DNA of 64,000 nucleotides, taken from assembly GCA_963826115.1 (NCBI GenBank), contig CAWGVS010000005.1:384001-448000 (forward strand). Reading direction: 5' to 3'. The notes below the pieces were generated by a model. It saw only the letters and a program-made list of their open reading frames with translations. It did not search any database and was not told the origin of the DNA. Made by a program: the position numbers and the translations under genes. The stretch is from an uncultured Candidatus Rokubacteria bacterium. Lineage in GTDB: Bacteria; Methylomirabilota; Methylomirabilia; Rokubacteriales; DASRDR01. How positions within the stretch are numbered: position 1 is the first letter of the stretch; every line of letters starts with the position of its first letter. Of the stretch, positions 38,875 to 48,997 are shown piece after piece.

Positions 38875-40308
38875 ATGACGACCACACGCGATCGCGCGCC
38901 CGTCTCCGACCGCCTCCGAGCCTTCTCCCAGGACGCGTGGGACTCGCGGATCGTTCCGACCCTCGAGGACTACGTGCGCATCCCCGCCAAGTCGCCCGGC
39001 TTCGACCGCGACTGGCAGGCCCACGGCCATCTCGACCGCGCGGTCGAGCTCGCCGCCCGCTGGGCGCGGGAGCGCCCGGTCGAGGGGCTCCAGGTCGAGG
39101 TTGTCCGGCTTCCCGGGCGGACGCCGGTCCTCCTGATGGAGGTGCCCGGCACGGTCGACGAGACGGTCCTCCTCTACGGCCACCTCGACAAGCAGCCCGA
39201 GATGGTGGGATGGAGCGAGGGTCTCGGGCCGTGGACGCCGGTCCGGCGCGGCGATCGCCTCTACGGTCGCGGCGCGGCCGACGACGGCTACGCGGCGTTC
39301 GCGGCCCTCACGGCAGTGGAGTCGCTCCAGGCCCAGGGCGTGCCGCACGCGCGCTGCGTGATCCTCGTCGAGACCTGCGAGGAGAGCGGCAGCGCGGACC
39401 TGCCCGCCTACATGGACAGCCTGAAGGCGCGCCTCGGCACGCCGGGACTCGTCATCTGCCTCGACGCCTCCTGTGGGAACTACGACCAGCTCTGGACGGC
39501 GACGTCGCTCCGGGGGCTGGTGGGCGGGGAGCTCTCCGTCGAGGTGCTCGGCGAGGGCATCCACTCGGGCGCCAGCGGCATCGTGCCCTCGAGCTTCCGG
39601 ATCCTGCGCCACCTGCTCTCGCGGCTCGAGGACGAGCGGACCGGGGAGATCCGGCCGCGCGACCTCCACGTCGAGATCCCGGCCGAGCGCGCGCAGCAGG
39701 CGAGGGAGGTCTCGCGAACGCTCGGCGACCTCGGCGCGCGGATGCCGTTCGTTCCCGGCATGCGCGCGGCGCACCCGGACCCCGAGGAGCTGCTCATCGC
39801 CCAGACGTGGCGGCCGGCGCTCGCGATCACCGGCGCCGACGGGCTCCCGCCGATCGCCGACGCCGGCAACGTCCTGCGCCCCCGCACGGCGGTGAAGATC
39901 TCGCTCCGCATCCCGCCGACCCTCGACGCCCCGGCGGCGGCGCGCCGGCTCAAGGAGCTGTTCGAGACGGATCCGCCGTACGGCGCGCGCGTCCGGTTCA
40001 CGCCCACGACGCCCAGCCCCGGCTGGGATGCGCCGCCGCTGGCCGCGTGGCTCAAGGACTCCCTCGAGCGCGCCTCGACGACGCACTTCGGCCGCCCGCC
40101 GATGTCCTCCGGCGTGGGCGGGTCGATCCCGTTCATGAGCATGCTGGGAGAGCGATTCCCCGAGGCCCAGTTCGTGATCACCGGAGTGCTCGGGCCGGGC
40201 TCCAACGCCCACGGCCCGAACGAGTTCCTCCACGTGCCGACCGGCGTGCGCGTCACCGCGTGCGTCGCCGAGATCCTCGCCGACCATCACCGCGCCGTCC
40301 GGCGCTGA
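38875..40308 (+). CDS. M20/M25/M40 family metallo-dipeptidase
   Basis: YGHLDKQP, LYGRG.ADDG, CEESGS, HSG, GGSIPF, AHGPNE. Confidence 0.92.
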   Translation: MTTTRDRAPVSDRLRAFSQDAWDSRIVPTLEDYVRIPAKSPGFDRDWQAHGHLDRAVELAARWARERPVEGLQVEVVRLPGRTPVLLMEVPGTVDETVLLYGHLDKQPEMVGWSEGLGPWTPVRRGDRLYGRGAADDGYAAFAALTAVESLQAQGVPHARCVILVETCEESGSADLPAYMDSLKARLGTPGLVICLDASCGNYDQLWTATSLRGLVGGELSVEVLGEGIHSGASGIVPSSFRILRHLLSRLEDERTGEIRPRDLHVEIPAERAQQAREVSRTLGDLGARMPFVPGMRAAHPDPEELLIAQTWRPALAITGADGLPPIADAGNVLRPRTAVKISLRIPPTLDAPAAARRLKELFETDPPYGARVRFTPTTPSPGWDAPPLAAWLKDSLERASTTHFGRPPMSSGVGGSIPFMSMLGERFPEAQFVITGVLGPGSNAHGPNEFLHVPTGVRVTACVAEILADHHRAVRR

Positions 40309-40406
40309 CGGCCGGCGCCGGTGCGTACCGCCGCGGGCCCGGGCCGTCCGTCGGACCGTGCGGATTCTTTTGGCGAGCGGGGAAGGGCCGTGCGAATCTC
40401 CCTGCC

Positions 40407-40664
40407 ATGATCATTCTCGCGGTCGGGGCCGGGCTGGTGGGGGTGGCGGGATTGGGCAGCATCCTCTACAGGGGGCGCAAGGCCCGGAAGCGGGCGGCTG
40501 CCGCCGCCGCGGAGGCGGCCACTCACCCGCACTACTGCGCCGAGTGTGACGAGGAGTGGCCGCACGCCGGCCAGACCTGCCTCTATTCCTGGGCGACCGT
40601 GTGCTCGACGTGCGCGGGCGCGCTCGCGCTCGGGGCCGTCGCCCCGATGGAGTCGCGCGCCTAG
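40407..40664 (+). CDS. Small membrane-anchored Cys/His-rich hypothetical protein
   Basis: N-terminal TM, then HPHYCAECDEEWPH...C.....CSTC. It is the C-terminal part of ORF 38937..40664. Confidence 0.6.
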   Translation: MIILAVGAGLVGVAGLGSILYRGRKARKRAAAAAAEAATHPHYCAECDEEWPHAGQTCLYSWATVCSTCAGALALGAVAPMESRA

Positions 40665-41719
40665 GCGAACGTCAGCGCCCGGGCGGGGTTCTCGACGACC
40701 AGCGCCCGGACGTCGGACTCGGAGAGGCCGCGCCCCCTCAGGCGCGGCACGATCCGGCGGGGGATGTGCGCGAGCCCCGTCCCTCCGTAGCGCGTCAGCC
40801 GGATCTTGAAGCAGATGTCGTGCGACAAGAGGACCTGCCGCCCGAAGCCCTGCTCCACCAGCCACAGGACCTGCCGGATGCGCTCGGCGTCGTTCGGCAT
40901 GTCCGTCCCGCCCCACGGGAAGTGGGAGATCTCGACGCCGAACAGGTCGTATTCCACGTAGCAGCCGGTCTCGACGACGGCGCGAAGGCGCGCCAGGTCG
41001 CCCACGATCGTCCGCTCGATGTGGGCGATGACGACGCGGCGCGGATCGAGCCCCGCGCGCCGGACCTCCCCGAGGTGCGCCTCGGGCGCCTGGGGGTCGC
41101 GGCCGGGGTGGATCATGAGCGGGGCGCCCGTCTCCCGCGCCGCCAGCGCGGCCGCCCGGAGGGACTTCCGCTCCGCGGGCGCCCACGGCCACGAGCAGCC
41201 GATCTCGCCGATCAGCCCCGCCCGCACCCCGGTGTCGTCGACGCCCTCGGTGACGTCGCGGACGATCTCCCGCACGAGCGCGTCCTCGGTCGCGGCGGCG
41301 AGCCCGGGCGGGTGCGCCGGCTCGGTGTAGTAGCCCGACCCCATGATGATGTGAAGTCCCGTCGCGCGCGCGATGCGCTGGAGCCCGAGCGGGTTGCGGC
41401 CGATCCCGGCCAGGGTGGGGTCGACCAGGGTCTGGCCGCCCTCCCGCCGGAACAGGCGGGCCTCCTCGGTGGCCGCCGACTCGTCGCCGAGATGGAGGTT
41501 GTCGAGGCTCGAGAACCAGTCGTAGTTGATCTCGTACAGGTTGCCGAGCGTGACGGGGTCGTGCGGCCCGCCGGCCGCGGCGCCCGCGGGAGGCCGGTAG
41601 AGGAAGCGGAGGTCGACGAAGAGGTGCTCGTGAGGGAGCGTCAGCCCGAGAGACTCCGGCGCCACGAGGCCCAGCACCGTCTGGGCGTGGCCGGCGCGCG
41701 GCGATCGAGGGTCGGTCAT
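40661..41719 (-). CDS. Phosphotriesterase-related protein
   Basis: LG.TL.HEHL, G.IGEIG, IHP, IAH, EYD.FG, LLSHD. Confidence 0.92.
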   Translation of the reverse strand: MTDPRSPRAGHAQTVLGLVAPESLGLTLPHEHLFVDLRFLYRPPAGAAAGGPHDPVTLGNLYEINYDWFSSLDNLHLGDESAATEEARLFRREGGQTLVDPTLAGIGRNPLGLQRIARATGLHIIMGSGYYTEPAHPPGLAAATEDALVREIVRDVTEGVDDTGVRAGLIGEIGCSWPWAPAERKSLRAAALAARETGAPLMIHPGRDPQAPEAHLGEVRRAGLDPRRVVIAHIERTIVGDLARLRAVVETGCYVEYDLFGVEISHFPWGGTDMPNDAERIRQVLWLVEQGFGRQVLLSHDICFKIRLTRYGGTGLAHIPRRIVPRLRGRGLSESDVRALVVENPARALTFA

Positions 41720-41760
41720 GGGCGTTCCTGCGTGCTATCTTACCGCCGCAAGGAGGTTCC

Positions 41761-43149
41761 ATGGCCACGACCCGCCTCACGCTGAGCGACGAGGAGATCG
41801 AGCGGCTCACCGCGCTCGACCGCGCCCACTTCTTCCACGCGGCGACGCCACTCCAGCAGCACGCGAAGGACGGGCCGCGGATCTTCGTCGGCGGGGAGGG
41901 CATCTACCTCTACGACGCCAAGGGGCGCGCGTTCATCGACGGGCTCGCGTCGCTGTGGAACGTGAATTGCGGCCACGGGCGCCAGGACATCGTGGATGCC
42001 ATCACGGGTCAGATGCGCCAGCTCGCCTTCAGCACGTCGTTCTTCGGCTTCGCGCACCCGGCGGGGATCGAGCTGGCCGCGCGGCTCGCCGGCGTCACGC
42101 CGCCCGGCCTCGACCGCTTCTTCTTCGTCGACAGCGGCTCCGCCGCCAACGAGACGGCCATCAAGCTCGCCCGGTCGTACCACAAGGCGCGCGGCAATTC
42201 GCGGAAGGTCAAGGTGATCTCGCGGGCCCGCGCCTACCACGGTGCGACCTACGGCACGCTCTCGGCGACGCGCCTCCGCCAGTACCACGAGCACATCACC
42301 CCGCTCATGGAGGGGTTCCTTGAGGCGCCGGCGCCCTACCGCTACCGATGCGAGATGTGCGGGACCGCGCCGGCCTGCACCGAGGCGTGCGTGGACGCGA
42401 TCGACGCGCTCATCCGGCGCGAGGGGCCGGACACGGTGGCCATGGTCATCGGCGAGCCGGTCCAGGCCGCCGGCGGCATCGTCGTCCCGCCGCCCTCGTA
42501 CTGGCCGCGCCTCCGCGAGATCTGCCGGGCCCACGACGTCCTGCTCGTCGCCGACGAGGTGATCTGCGGCTTCGGGCGGACCGGCCGGTGGTTCGGGGTC
42601 GACAACTGGGCCGTGACGCCCGACATGCTCACGATCGGCAAGGGGCTGACCAGCGGCTACATGCCGCTCTCCGGCGTCGCGGTGAGCGACGCGATCTACG
42701 ACGTCCTGACCACCCGGCCCGAGGAGTTCACGTTCTGGCAGGGGTTCACGTACAACGCGCATCCCGGCTGCTGCGCGGCCGCCCTTCAGACCATCGAGAT
42801 CCTGGACAAGGAGAACCTCGTCGAGCACGCCCAGCGCATGGGGCGCCGCCTGCTCGACCGGCTGCGCCCGCTCGAGAGCTCGCCCATCGTGGGCGAGGTG
42901 CGCGGCCTCGGCCTCCTGACCGGCGTCGAGATCGTCGCCGACCAGAAGACGCGGGCCCCGTTCCCCGACGGCCGCGGGAGCGCCCTCGTCCGCCGGCACT
43001 GCCTCGAGAACGGCCTGATCGTCCGTGCCATCAGCGACACCATCGCGATGTCGCCGCCGCTGGTGATCTCCGAGTCGGAGGTCGACCACGTCGCGGATGT
43101 CGTCACGGAGGCGGTCCGGAAGGCCGAGGCCGAGCTCGGCCGGCGCTGA
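41761..43149 (+). CDS. Class III aminotransferase (omega-amino acid/putrescine type)
   Basis: SGS.ANE, AYHG, EPVQ..GG, DEVICGFGRTG, GKGLTSGY.PLS; AAGGAGG RBS. Confidence 0.93.
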   Translation: MATTRLTLSDEEIERLTALDRAHFFHAATPLQQHAKDGPRIFVGGEGIYLYDAKGRAFIDGLASLWNVNCGHGRQDIVDAITGQMRQLAFSTSFFGFAHPAGIELAARLAGVTPPGLDRFFFVDSGSAANETAIKLARSYHKARGNSRKVKVISRARAYHGATYGTLSATRLRQYHEHITPLMEGFLEAPAPYRYRCEMCGTAPACTEACVDAIDALIRREGPDTVAMVIGEPVQAAGGIVVPPPSYWPRLREICRAHDVLLVADEVICGFGRTGRWFGVDNWAVTPDMLTIGKGLTSGYMPLSGVAVSDAIYDVLTTRPEEFTFWQGFTYNAHPGCCAAALQTIEILDKENLVEHAQRMGRRLLDRLRPLESSPIVGEVRGLGLLTGVEIVADQKTRAPFPDGRGSALVRRHCLENGLIVRAISDTIAMSPPLVISESEVDHVADVVTEAVRKAEAELGRR

Positions 43150-43173
43150 TCCCCGCCTGCCGCGCGGCGGCGC

Positions 43174-44079
43174 TCAGAAGATCGCGATCGGGTGGGCGGG
43201 CGCGCCCGTCGCGCCGCGGAGCCGGAGCGGCGTCGCCGTGAAGAGGAACTCGTAGCGCCCCTCCTCGCGACAGGCCCGGGCGAGCGCCTCGGGGTCGACG
43301 TTGTCGACCAGCGCGAGGCCCAGGAACGGGATCGCCAGGTGGGTGCCCATCGCGAAGCCCGGATACCCGCTCGGCCGCTCGTCCATCATGTCCCACGCCA
43401 CGGCGGCGATGTCTTGCTGGCGGAACCACTCGAGACACGAGACGTGGAGCCCGGGGTGGGGCGACACTCGCGGCACCCAGTCGGGGTGCGCCAGGCGGAA
43501 GGCCTCGTCGCCGCTCCGGATGACCACCGCGTCACCGGGCTGGATCCGGACCCCGGCGCGCGCCGCCGTCTCGTCCAGCTCCCGCGGGGTCACCGGGTGG
43601 CCCACCGTGACGAATCCTTCCTTGCGGGCGGCGGCGACGTCGAGCAGGACGCCGCGCGTCGTGATCCCCTCCGCGGCGATCGGATCGATCGAGCACCAGG
43701 TCGCGCCCTCGACGGTGAGGCTCGTCATGAACGGCCGGCCGTTGTAGAGCTCGCCGTCCCACCCGATGTGGCAGAGGGCGTCCACGTGGGTGATCCAGTA
43801 GCCGTGGTAGACCATGTCGAAGCGATCGAGGACGACGTCGACGCGCTCCCGCTTGGCCGGGAAGGTGACGTGGTACATGTACACCGGCCGCGGCACCACG
43901 TCGCGCGCCAGTGAGATCGCGCGCCCCGTTCGCGCGAGCCGCAGCGCGTCGGCGCGCCGGGCGGGCGTGAGCAGGTTCAGCGTGCCCCGCTGGTCGTCGG
44001 ATCCCCAGCGGCCCCAGTTGTTCAGCTCCTTGAAGTAGCCCTCGACGCGGTCCTGGGTGACTCGGGGAGCATCGGGCAC
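43174..44079 (-). CDS. Cyclase family (kynurenine formamidase-like) metal hydrolase
   Basis: NWGRWG.DDQ.GTLN, H...TH.DALCH, RGVLLD, G.TG.P..PIA. Confidence 0.9.
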   Translation of the reverse strand: MPDAPRVTQDRVEGYFKELNNWGRWGSDDQRGTLNLLTPARRADALRLARTGRAISLARDVVPRPVYMYHVTFPAKRERVDVVLDRFDMVYHGYWITHVDALCHIGWDGELYNGRPFMTSLTVEGATWCSIDPIAAEGITTRGVLLDVAAARKEGFVTVGHPVTPRELDETAARAGVRIQPGDAVVIRSGDEAFRLAHPDWVPRVSPHPGLHVSCLEWFRQQDIAAVAWDMMDERPSGYPGFAMGTHLAIPFLGLALVDNVDPEALARACREEGRYEFLFTATPLRLRGATGAPAHPIAIF

Positions 44080-44213
44080 GGGCGCCTCCTTCGGTGGTCG
44101 GGCGGTCAGGTGACTTCACGGCAGATTCGGGCTATTACATTCTTAACGTCGCGGCGTCGTCAACCGGCGCACGTCCGGACACGCGGCGACGACGACCCAG
44201 ACGGAGGCGCGCG

Positions 44214-45233
44214 ATGCAGCCCTTCCTCGACTCGACGGCCTTGGTCGGCAACCCCGCCGCGCTCAACGAGCGGTTGGACTCCGAAGGATATCTTTTCATC
44301 AGGGGACTCCTGCCGCGCGCGGCGGTGCTGGACGTCCGCCGTCAGATCCGCGAGGTCGCGGCGGCCGGCGGGTGGATCGATCGGTCCCACCCGCTGGACG
44401 AGGGCGTCGCCAATCCGGGGGCGGCCTGCACCGATCCGGAACCCCGGTACGTCGAGGTGTTCCGGCGACTCTACGTGCTGGAGGCGCTCCACACGCTGAA
44501 GCACCATCCGGCGATCGCGGGCTTCTTCGAGCGGCTTTTCGGCGAGCCGGTGCTCGTCCATCCGCTCTTCGTCATGCGGAACATCTTTCCCCAGCGCCCC
44601 GAGTCGACGACGCCGGCGCACCAGGACTACGTGCACATCCAGGGCACGCCGCGGACGTACACGACGTGGATTCCGCTGAGCGACACCCCGATCGAGCAGG
44701 GGAGTCTCTCGGTGGCGGCCGGCTCGCACCGGGACGGCGTGCGGGACTTCCGCGTGACCAACGGCTCCGGCGGAATGGAGGTCGTCGACACGCTGGCGGG
44801 CCGGTGGCGCGCGAACTCGTTCGCGGCGGGCGACGTGCTGATGTTCCACAGCATGACGGTGCACAAGGGGCTGCCGAACCTGACGAACCGGCTCCGGCAG
44901 TCGATGGACGCGCGCTACCAGCGCCTGAGCGAGCCGGTCTCCGACCTGAGCCTCCGGCCCTACGCGAACCTCTACACCTGGGACCAGGTCTACGCGGGCT
45001 GGCAGTCCACGGAGTTCCAGCACTACTGGCAGCGGCTCCCGATCAAGATCGGGGAGTTCGACACGCAGTACTACGAGCGGCGCGACGTCATCGCCTTCGA
45101 GATGGCCGAGCGGGGCGACACCGCCGCCCGCGCGTCCCTCCTGCGCATCGTCCAGCGCGACAAGAGCGCGGCCAAGCGGGAGCGAGCCGCCGCGCTCCTG
45201 GCCGCGCTCGACACCGGAGAGCGGACCGCCTAG
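44214..45233 (+). CDS. Phytanoyl-CoA dioxygenase family Fe(II)/2OG enzyme
   Basis: GYL.IRGLL, TPAHQD (HxD), WIPL.D, GDVL.FH..T.H, R.S.D.RY. Confidence 0.9.
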   Translation: MQPFLDSTALVGNPAALNERLDSEGYLFIRGLLPRAAVLDVRRQIREVAAAGGWIDRSHPLDEGVANPGAACTDPEPRYVEVFRRLYVLEALHTLKHHPAIAGFFERLFGEPVLVHPLFVMRNIFPQRPESTTPAHQDYVHIQGTPRTYTTWIPLSDTPIEQGSLSVAAGSHRDGVRDFRVTNGSGGMEVVDTLAGRWRANSFAAGDVLMFHSMTVHKGLPNLTNRLRQSMDARYQRLSEPVSDLSLRPYANLYTWDQVYAGWQSTEFQHYWQRLPIKIGEFDTQYYERRDVIAFEMAERGDTAARASLLRIVQRDKSAAKRERAAALLAALDTGERTA

Positions 45234-46384
45234 CTCGTCCCGCGGAACGGGTGGAGGAAGGCGCGGAGCTCCTCGGCCAGGAGGCGCGGCTCCTCGGCCG
45301 CGAAGAAGTGGCCGCCGCGCGGGAACTCCGTCCAGCGCCGGATGTCCGCGTAGCTCCGGTCGGCCCGCTCGCGCGGCACCCGCTGGACCGCCTCGGTCGA
45401 CAGCGCCACCCCGGTCGGCACCGTGATGCGCGACGTGATGCGCCGGGGCTCGCGCGCGCGCTCGTAGTAGGAGCGGTTCGCGGCGTTGGCGGTCTCCGTC
45501 ACCCAGTACAGGGTGACGTTGGTGAGGAGGAGATCACGCGAGAAGTGGCGCTCCACGTCGCCGGTCGGGTCGGTCCAGGCGCGCCACTTCTCGAGGATCC
45601 ACGCGGCCAGCCCGGCGGGCGAGTCGTGGAGCCCGTAAGCCAGGGTCTGCGGCCGCGTCTCCTGGATGAGGTTGTAGCCGCCCTCCTCGCGCTCCCAGCG
45701 CGCCTGCACCTCGGCGTGGACGCGCTCGGCGCCGCTCGGCGGCCGCGCGTCGTGGCCGATCACGGGGCCCGGGAACCCCGGCATCATGGTGTGGAACGCG
45801 ATCAGGCGATCCGGAAAATCGTAAGCCAGCCAGCCCGTGATCACGGCGCCGATGTCGTTCCCGTGGGCGGCGAAGCGCGGGTAGCCGAGGCCCTCCATCA
45901 GGCGCGCCCAGAGGGCGGCCACCCGGCTCCGCGTCATGCCGCGCGCGGTGGGCCGGTCGGAGAACCCGAAGCCGGGCACCGACGGCACCACCACGTCGAA
46001 GGCGTCCGCCGGATCGCCGCCGTGTGCCCCGGGGTCGGCGAGGAGCGGGATCAGCGAGAGCATCTCGACGAACGAGCTCGGCCAGCCGTGGGTGACGAGG
46101 AGCGGTAGCGGAGCCGGCCCGCGGCCGCGGGCGTGGATGAAGTGGATCCCCAGGCCGTCGACGTCGGCACGGAAGTGGGGGAGCCCGTTCATCAGGCGCT
46201 CCTGCCGCCGCCAGTCGAACCCCAGCCGCCAGTACTCGACGACGTCCTCGAGGTAGGCGAGGCTGGTCCCGTAGTCCCAGCCGGCCCCCTCCACCTCGTC
46301 CGGCCAGCGAGTGCGGCCGAGCCGCGCGCGAAGGTCGTCGAGCGCCGCCTGTGGGACGTCGACGACGAAGGGGCGGACGTCCAT
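45230..46384 (-). CDS. Epoxide hydrolase (EHN-type)
   Basis: L..RL..TRWP, FDWR, HGWPSS, PS.PGFGFS, HGNDIG, GGHF.A.EEP. Confidence 0.93.
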   Translation of the reverse strand: MDVRPFVVDVPQAALDDLRARLGRTRWPDEVEGAGWDYGTSLAYLEDVVEYWRLGFDWRRQERLMNGLPHFRADVDGLGIHFIHARGRGPAPLPLLVTHGWPSSFVEMLSLIPLLADPGAHGGDPADAFDVVVPSVPGFGFSDRPTARGMTRSRVAALWARLMEGLGYPRFAAHGNDIGAVITGWLAYDFPDRLIAFHTMMPGFPGPVIGHDARPPSGAERVHAEVQARWEREEGGYNLIQETRPQTLAYGLHDSPAGLAAWILEKWRAWTDPTGDVERHFSRDLLLTNVTLYWVTETANAANRSYYERAREPRRITSRITVPTGVALSTEAVQRVPRERADRSYADIRRWTEFPRGGHFFAAEEPRLLAEELRAFLHPFRGTS

Positions 46385-46392
46385 CCCGGCGG

Positions 46393-47385
46393 TCAGCGCC
46401 GCTGAGCCGGACGCGGCCAGACGTCAGGGTTGGCGAGGTCCTTCGGCCGCTCGCCGCGCAGGACGCGCAGGATCTCGGCGGTGACCTGGAGGGACGCCTC
46501 GCGGTTGGCCTCCAGCGTGACCCCGGCGACGTGGCCGGAGCAGACGACGTTGTCCAGGTTGAAGAGCGGGTTGTCGAGCGGGCTCGGCTCCTTCTCGAAG
46601 ACGTCGAGACCCGCCGCGGACAGCCGCTTCTGGACGAGCGCCTCGAAGACCGCCCGCTCGCTGTGGACGGGGCCGCGCGACGTGTTGATGAGGATGGCGC
46701 CGGGCTTCATCCGCGCCAGCGCGCGCTCGTCGATCATGTGGTGGGTCTCCGGCGTGAGCGGCGTGTGGCAGGTGAGGACGTCGACCTGGGGCAGGAGCTC
46801 GTCGAGGCTCCCGACCGGCTCGGCCCCGCGGCGGCGGACCTCGTCGGCGGGGACGTACTTGTCGTAGCCGAGGACACGCATCCCGATCGCGCCGGCGAAC
46901 CGGGCGACTCGCCGGCCGACGTTGCCGATCCCCACGATGCCGAGCGTCTTGCCGGCGAGCTCGGTGTTGACCACCTGGTGGCGCGCGCTCCAGTCGCCCT
47001 TGCGCGTCATCCGGTCGATCTCGACGGTGCGCTTCACGCAGGCCAGCATCAGCATGAGCGCGTGCTCGGCGACGGCCTGGGAGTTCGAGCCCGGGGCGTG
47101 GACCACCGCCACCCCGTGCCGCGTGGCCGAGTCGAGGTCGACCGTGTCGAGCCCCACGCCGTGGCGGCCCACCACGCGCACGTGCGGGCAGGCGTCGAGG
47201 ATCACGTCGTCGCAGCGCGGGCCCGCGCGGAACAGGATGCCCTCCGCCTCCCGGGCGAGCTCGATCACGGTCTTCACCTCCTGGTCCGGGGTGATGACCA
47301 CGCGGACCTCGGACTCGAGCTGCTGCACGCCGGCGGGATTGATCTTGCCGGCGATCACGACCAGAGGGCGGGCGGAGGCGGTCAT
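46393..47385 (-). CDS. D-3-phosphoglycerate dehydrogenase-like hydroxyacid dehydrogenase
   Basis: RHGVGLD.VD, AVAEH, GIVGIGNVG, H.PLT.ET, INTSRG, LDVFEKEP. Confidence 0.9.
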   Translation of the reverse strand: MTASARPLVVIAGKINPAGVQQLESEVRVVITPDQEVKTVIELAREAEGILFRAGPRCDDVILDACPHVRVVGRHGVGLDTVDLDSATRHGVAVVHAPGSNSQAVAEHALMLMLACVKRTVEIDRMTRKGDWSARHQVVNTELAGKTLGIVGIGNVGRRVARFAGAIGMRVLGYDKYVPADEVRRRGAEPVGSLDELLPQVDVLTCHTPLTPETHHMIDERALARMKPGAILINTSRGPVHSERAVFEALVQKRLSAAGLDVFEKEPSPLDNPLFNLDNVVCSGHVAGVTLEANREASLQVTAEILRVLRGERPKDLANPDVWPRPAQRR

Positions 47386-47524
47386 TCGAGCGGTCTCCTT
47401 TCGAGGCGCGTCATTGCACCACGGTGTCGCGGGCGACCGGCCTAGTGTACCCGCGCCCGGAGCCCCGTGTTACGCTTCGATCCGCGCATCGTTTCCGGTC
47501 CCGGACGACGCCGGCGCACCCTGG

Positions 47525-48574
47525 ATGACCTCACGCGACGACTCCGCCAGCGGCCCGATGCCCTACGACGCCCTTCTCCTCGTGTCCTTCGGCGGGCCGG
47601 AGGGGATGGCGGACGTCGAGCCGTTTCTCGACCACGTCCTCCGCGGTCGCAACGTGCCGCCGGAGCGCCGGCGCGCGGTCGCCCATCACTACGAGCGCTT
47701 CGGGGGCGTCAGCCCGATCAACGCTCAGAACCGCGCGCTCCTCGCCGCGATCCGGGACGAGCTTCGCGGGCGTGGGCCGCGCCTCCCGCTCTACTGGGGG
47801 AACCGCAACTGGCATCCGTTCCTCGCCGACGCGCTCCGGGCGATGGCGGGGGACGGCGTCCGCCGCGCGCTCGCCTTCGTGACCTCGGCGTTCGGCTCCT
47901 ACTCGGGATGCCGGCAGTACCTGGAGGACATCGCGCGGGCGCGGGTAGAGGTGGGGCCGGGCGCGCCGGTCGTCGACAAGCTTCGCGTCTTCCACGACCA
48001 CCCAGGGTTCGTCGAGGCCAACGCCGACCGCGTGCGCGACGCACTCGCGACGATCCCGCCGTCTCGCCGCCCCGCGGCCCGCATCGCGTTCACCGCGCAC
48101 AGCGTCCCGTCGGCGATGGCGGCGGGGTCCGACTACGTCGCCCAGCTCCGCGAGACCTGCGCGCTGGTGTCCACGGCGGTCGGGCACGAGGCGTGGGCGC
48201 TGGTCTACCAGAGCCGGAGCGGCGCGCCGACCCAGCCGTGGCTCGAGCCCGACATCCTCGGCCACCTGGACACCGTCCGGGCCGAGGGCGTGCGGGACGT
48301 CGTCGTGGCGCCGGTCGGGTTCGTATCCGACCACATGGAGGTCGTCTACGACCTGGACGTCGAGGCCCGGGAGCGCGCGGCGGCGCTCGGCCTCGGCTTC
48401 GCGCGGGCCCGCACCGCGGGCACTCACCCCGCGTTCGTGCGGATGATCCGGGAGCTCGTGCTCGAGCGCGTGGCAGGCGGGGAGCGCCGCGCCCTCGGAG
48501 CGCGCGGGCCGCGCCCCGACGCGTGCGCGCCGGATTGCTGCGCGTCCGGCGCCGCCCGCCCGGCGCCGCGCTAG
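47525..48574 (+). CDS. hemH: Ferrochelatase (coproporphyrin/protoporphyrin)
   Basis: LLVSFGGPE, Y..FGG.SP, FTAHSVP, YQSRSG....WLEPD, GFVSDHMEV.YDLD. Confidence 0.93.
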   Translation: MTSRDDSASGPMPYDALLLVSFGGPEGMADVEPFLDHVLRGRNVPPERRRAVAHHYERFGGVSPINAQNRALLAAIRDELRGRGPRLPLYWGNRNWHPFLADALRAMAGDGVRRALAFVTSAFGSYSGCRQYLEDIARARVEVGPGAPVVDKLRVFHDHPGFVEANADRVRDALATIPPSRRPAARIAFTAHSVPSAMAAGSDYVAQLRETCALVSTAVGHEAWALVYQSRSGAPTQPWLEPDILGHLDTVRAEGVRDVVVAPVGFVSDHMEVVYDLDVEARERAAALGLGFARARTAGTHPAFVRMIRELVLERVAGGERRALGARGPRPDACAPDCCASGAARPAPR

Positions 48575-48590
48575 GCGAACGGTCGCGGCG

Positions 48591-48980
48591 CTAGCCGCCC
48601 ACCCGCGACGCGAGGAGCAGCGCCACCAGCCAGGCCGGCACGAGCGAGGCGGCACCGAGGAGCCACCAGACGAGCGGGCGCGCCGGCGCGTCCTGCTTCT
48701 CCTCGCGCGCGATCAGCCAGTCGGTCACGAGCACCCCGACGATCGCGGCGGCCGACGCGCCCATGAAGGCCCTGCGCGGCGGCCCGTCGGCGCCGCCCGC
48801 GGCGTTCAGGAGCGACACGAACGGCACGAGCCACGCGAGCAGGAGCGCGGGCAAGCCCGCGACCCAGAATCCGCGCGGCGTCACGGCCGGGGTCCGGCCC
48901 CGGAGGCGCCCCGCGCCCCATCGGCTGACGCCGAGGCCCACCGCGGCCAGCCCGAGCGACCAGAGGAGCAGCGTTCCCAT
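48591..48980 (-). CDS. Hypothetical membrane protein (about 4 TM)
   Basis: Four hydrophobic segments; co-directional with the lactonase-family gene. Confidence 0.65.
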   Translation of the reverse strand: MGTLLLWSLGLAAVGLGVSRWGAGRLRGRTPAVTPRGFWVAGLPALLLAWLVPFVSLLNAAGGADGPPRRAFMGASAAAIVGVLVTDWLIAREEKQDAPARPLVWWLLGAASLVPAWLVALLLASRVGG

Positions 48981-48997
48981 CGCGGCCGTCTCGCGGC

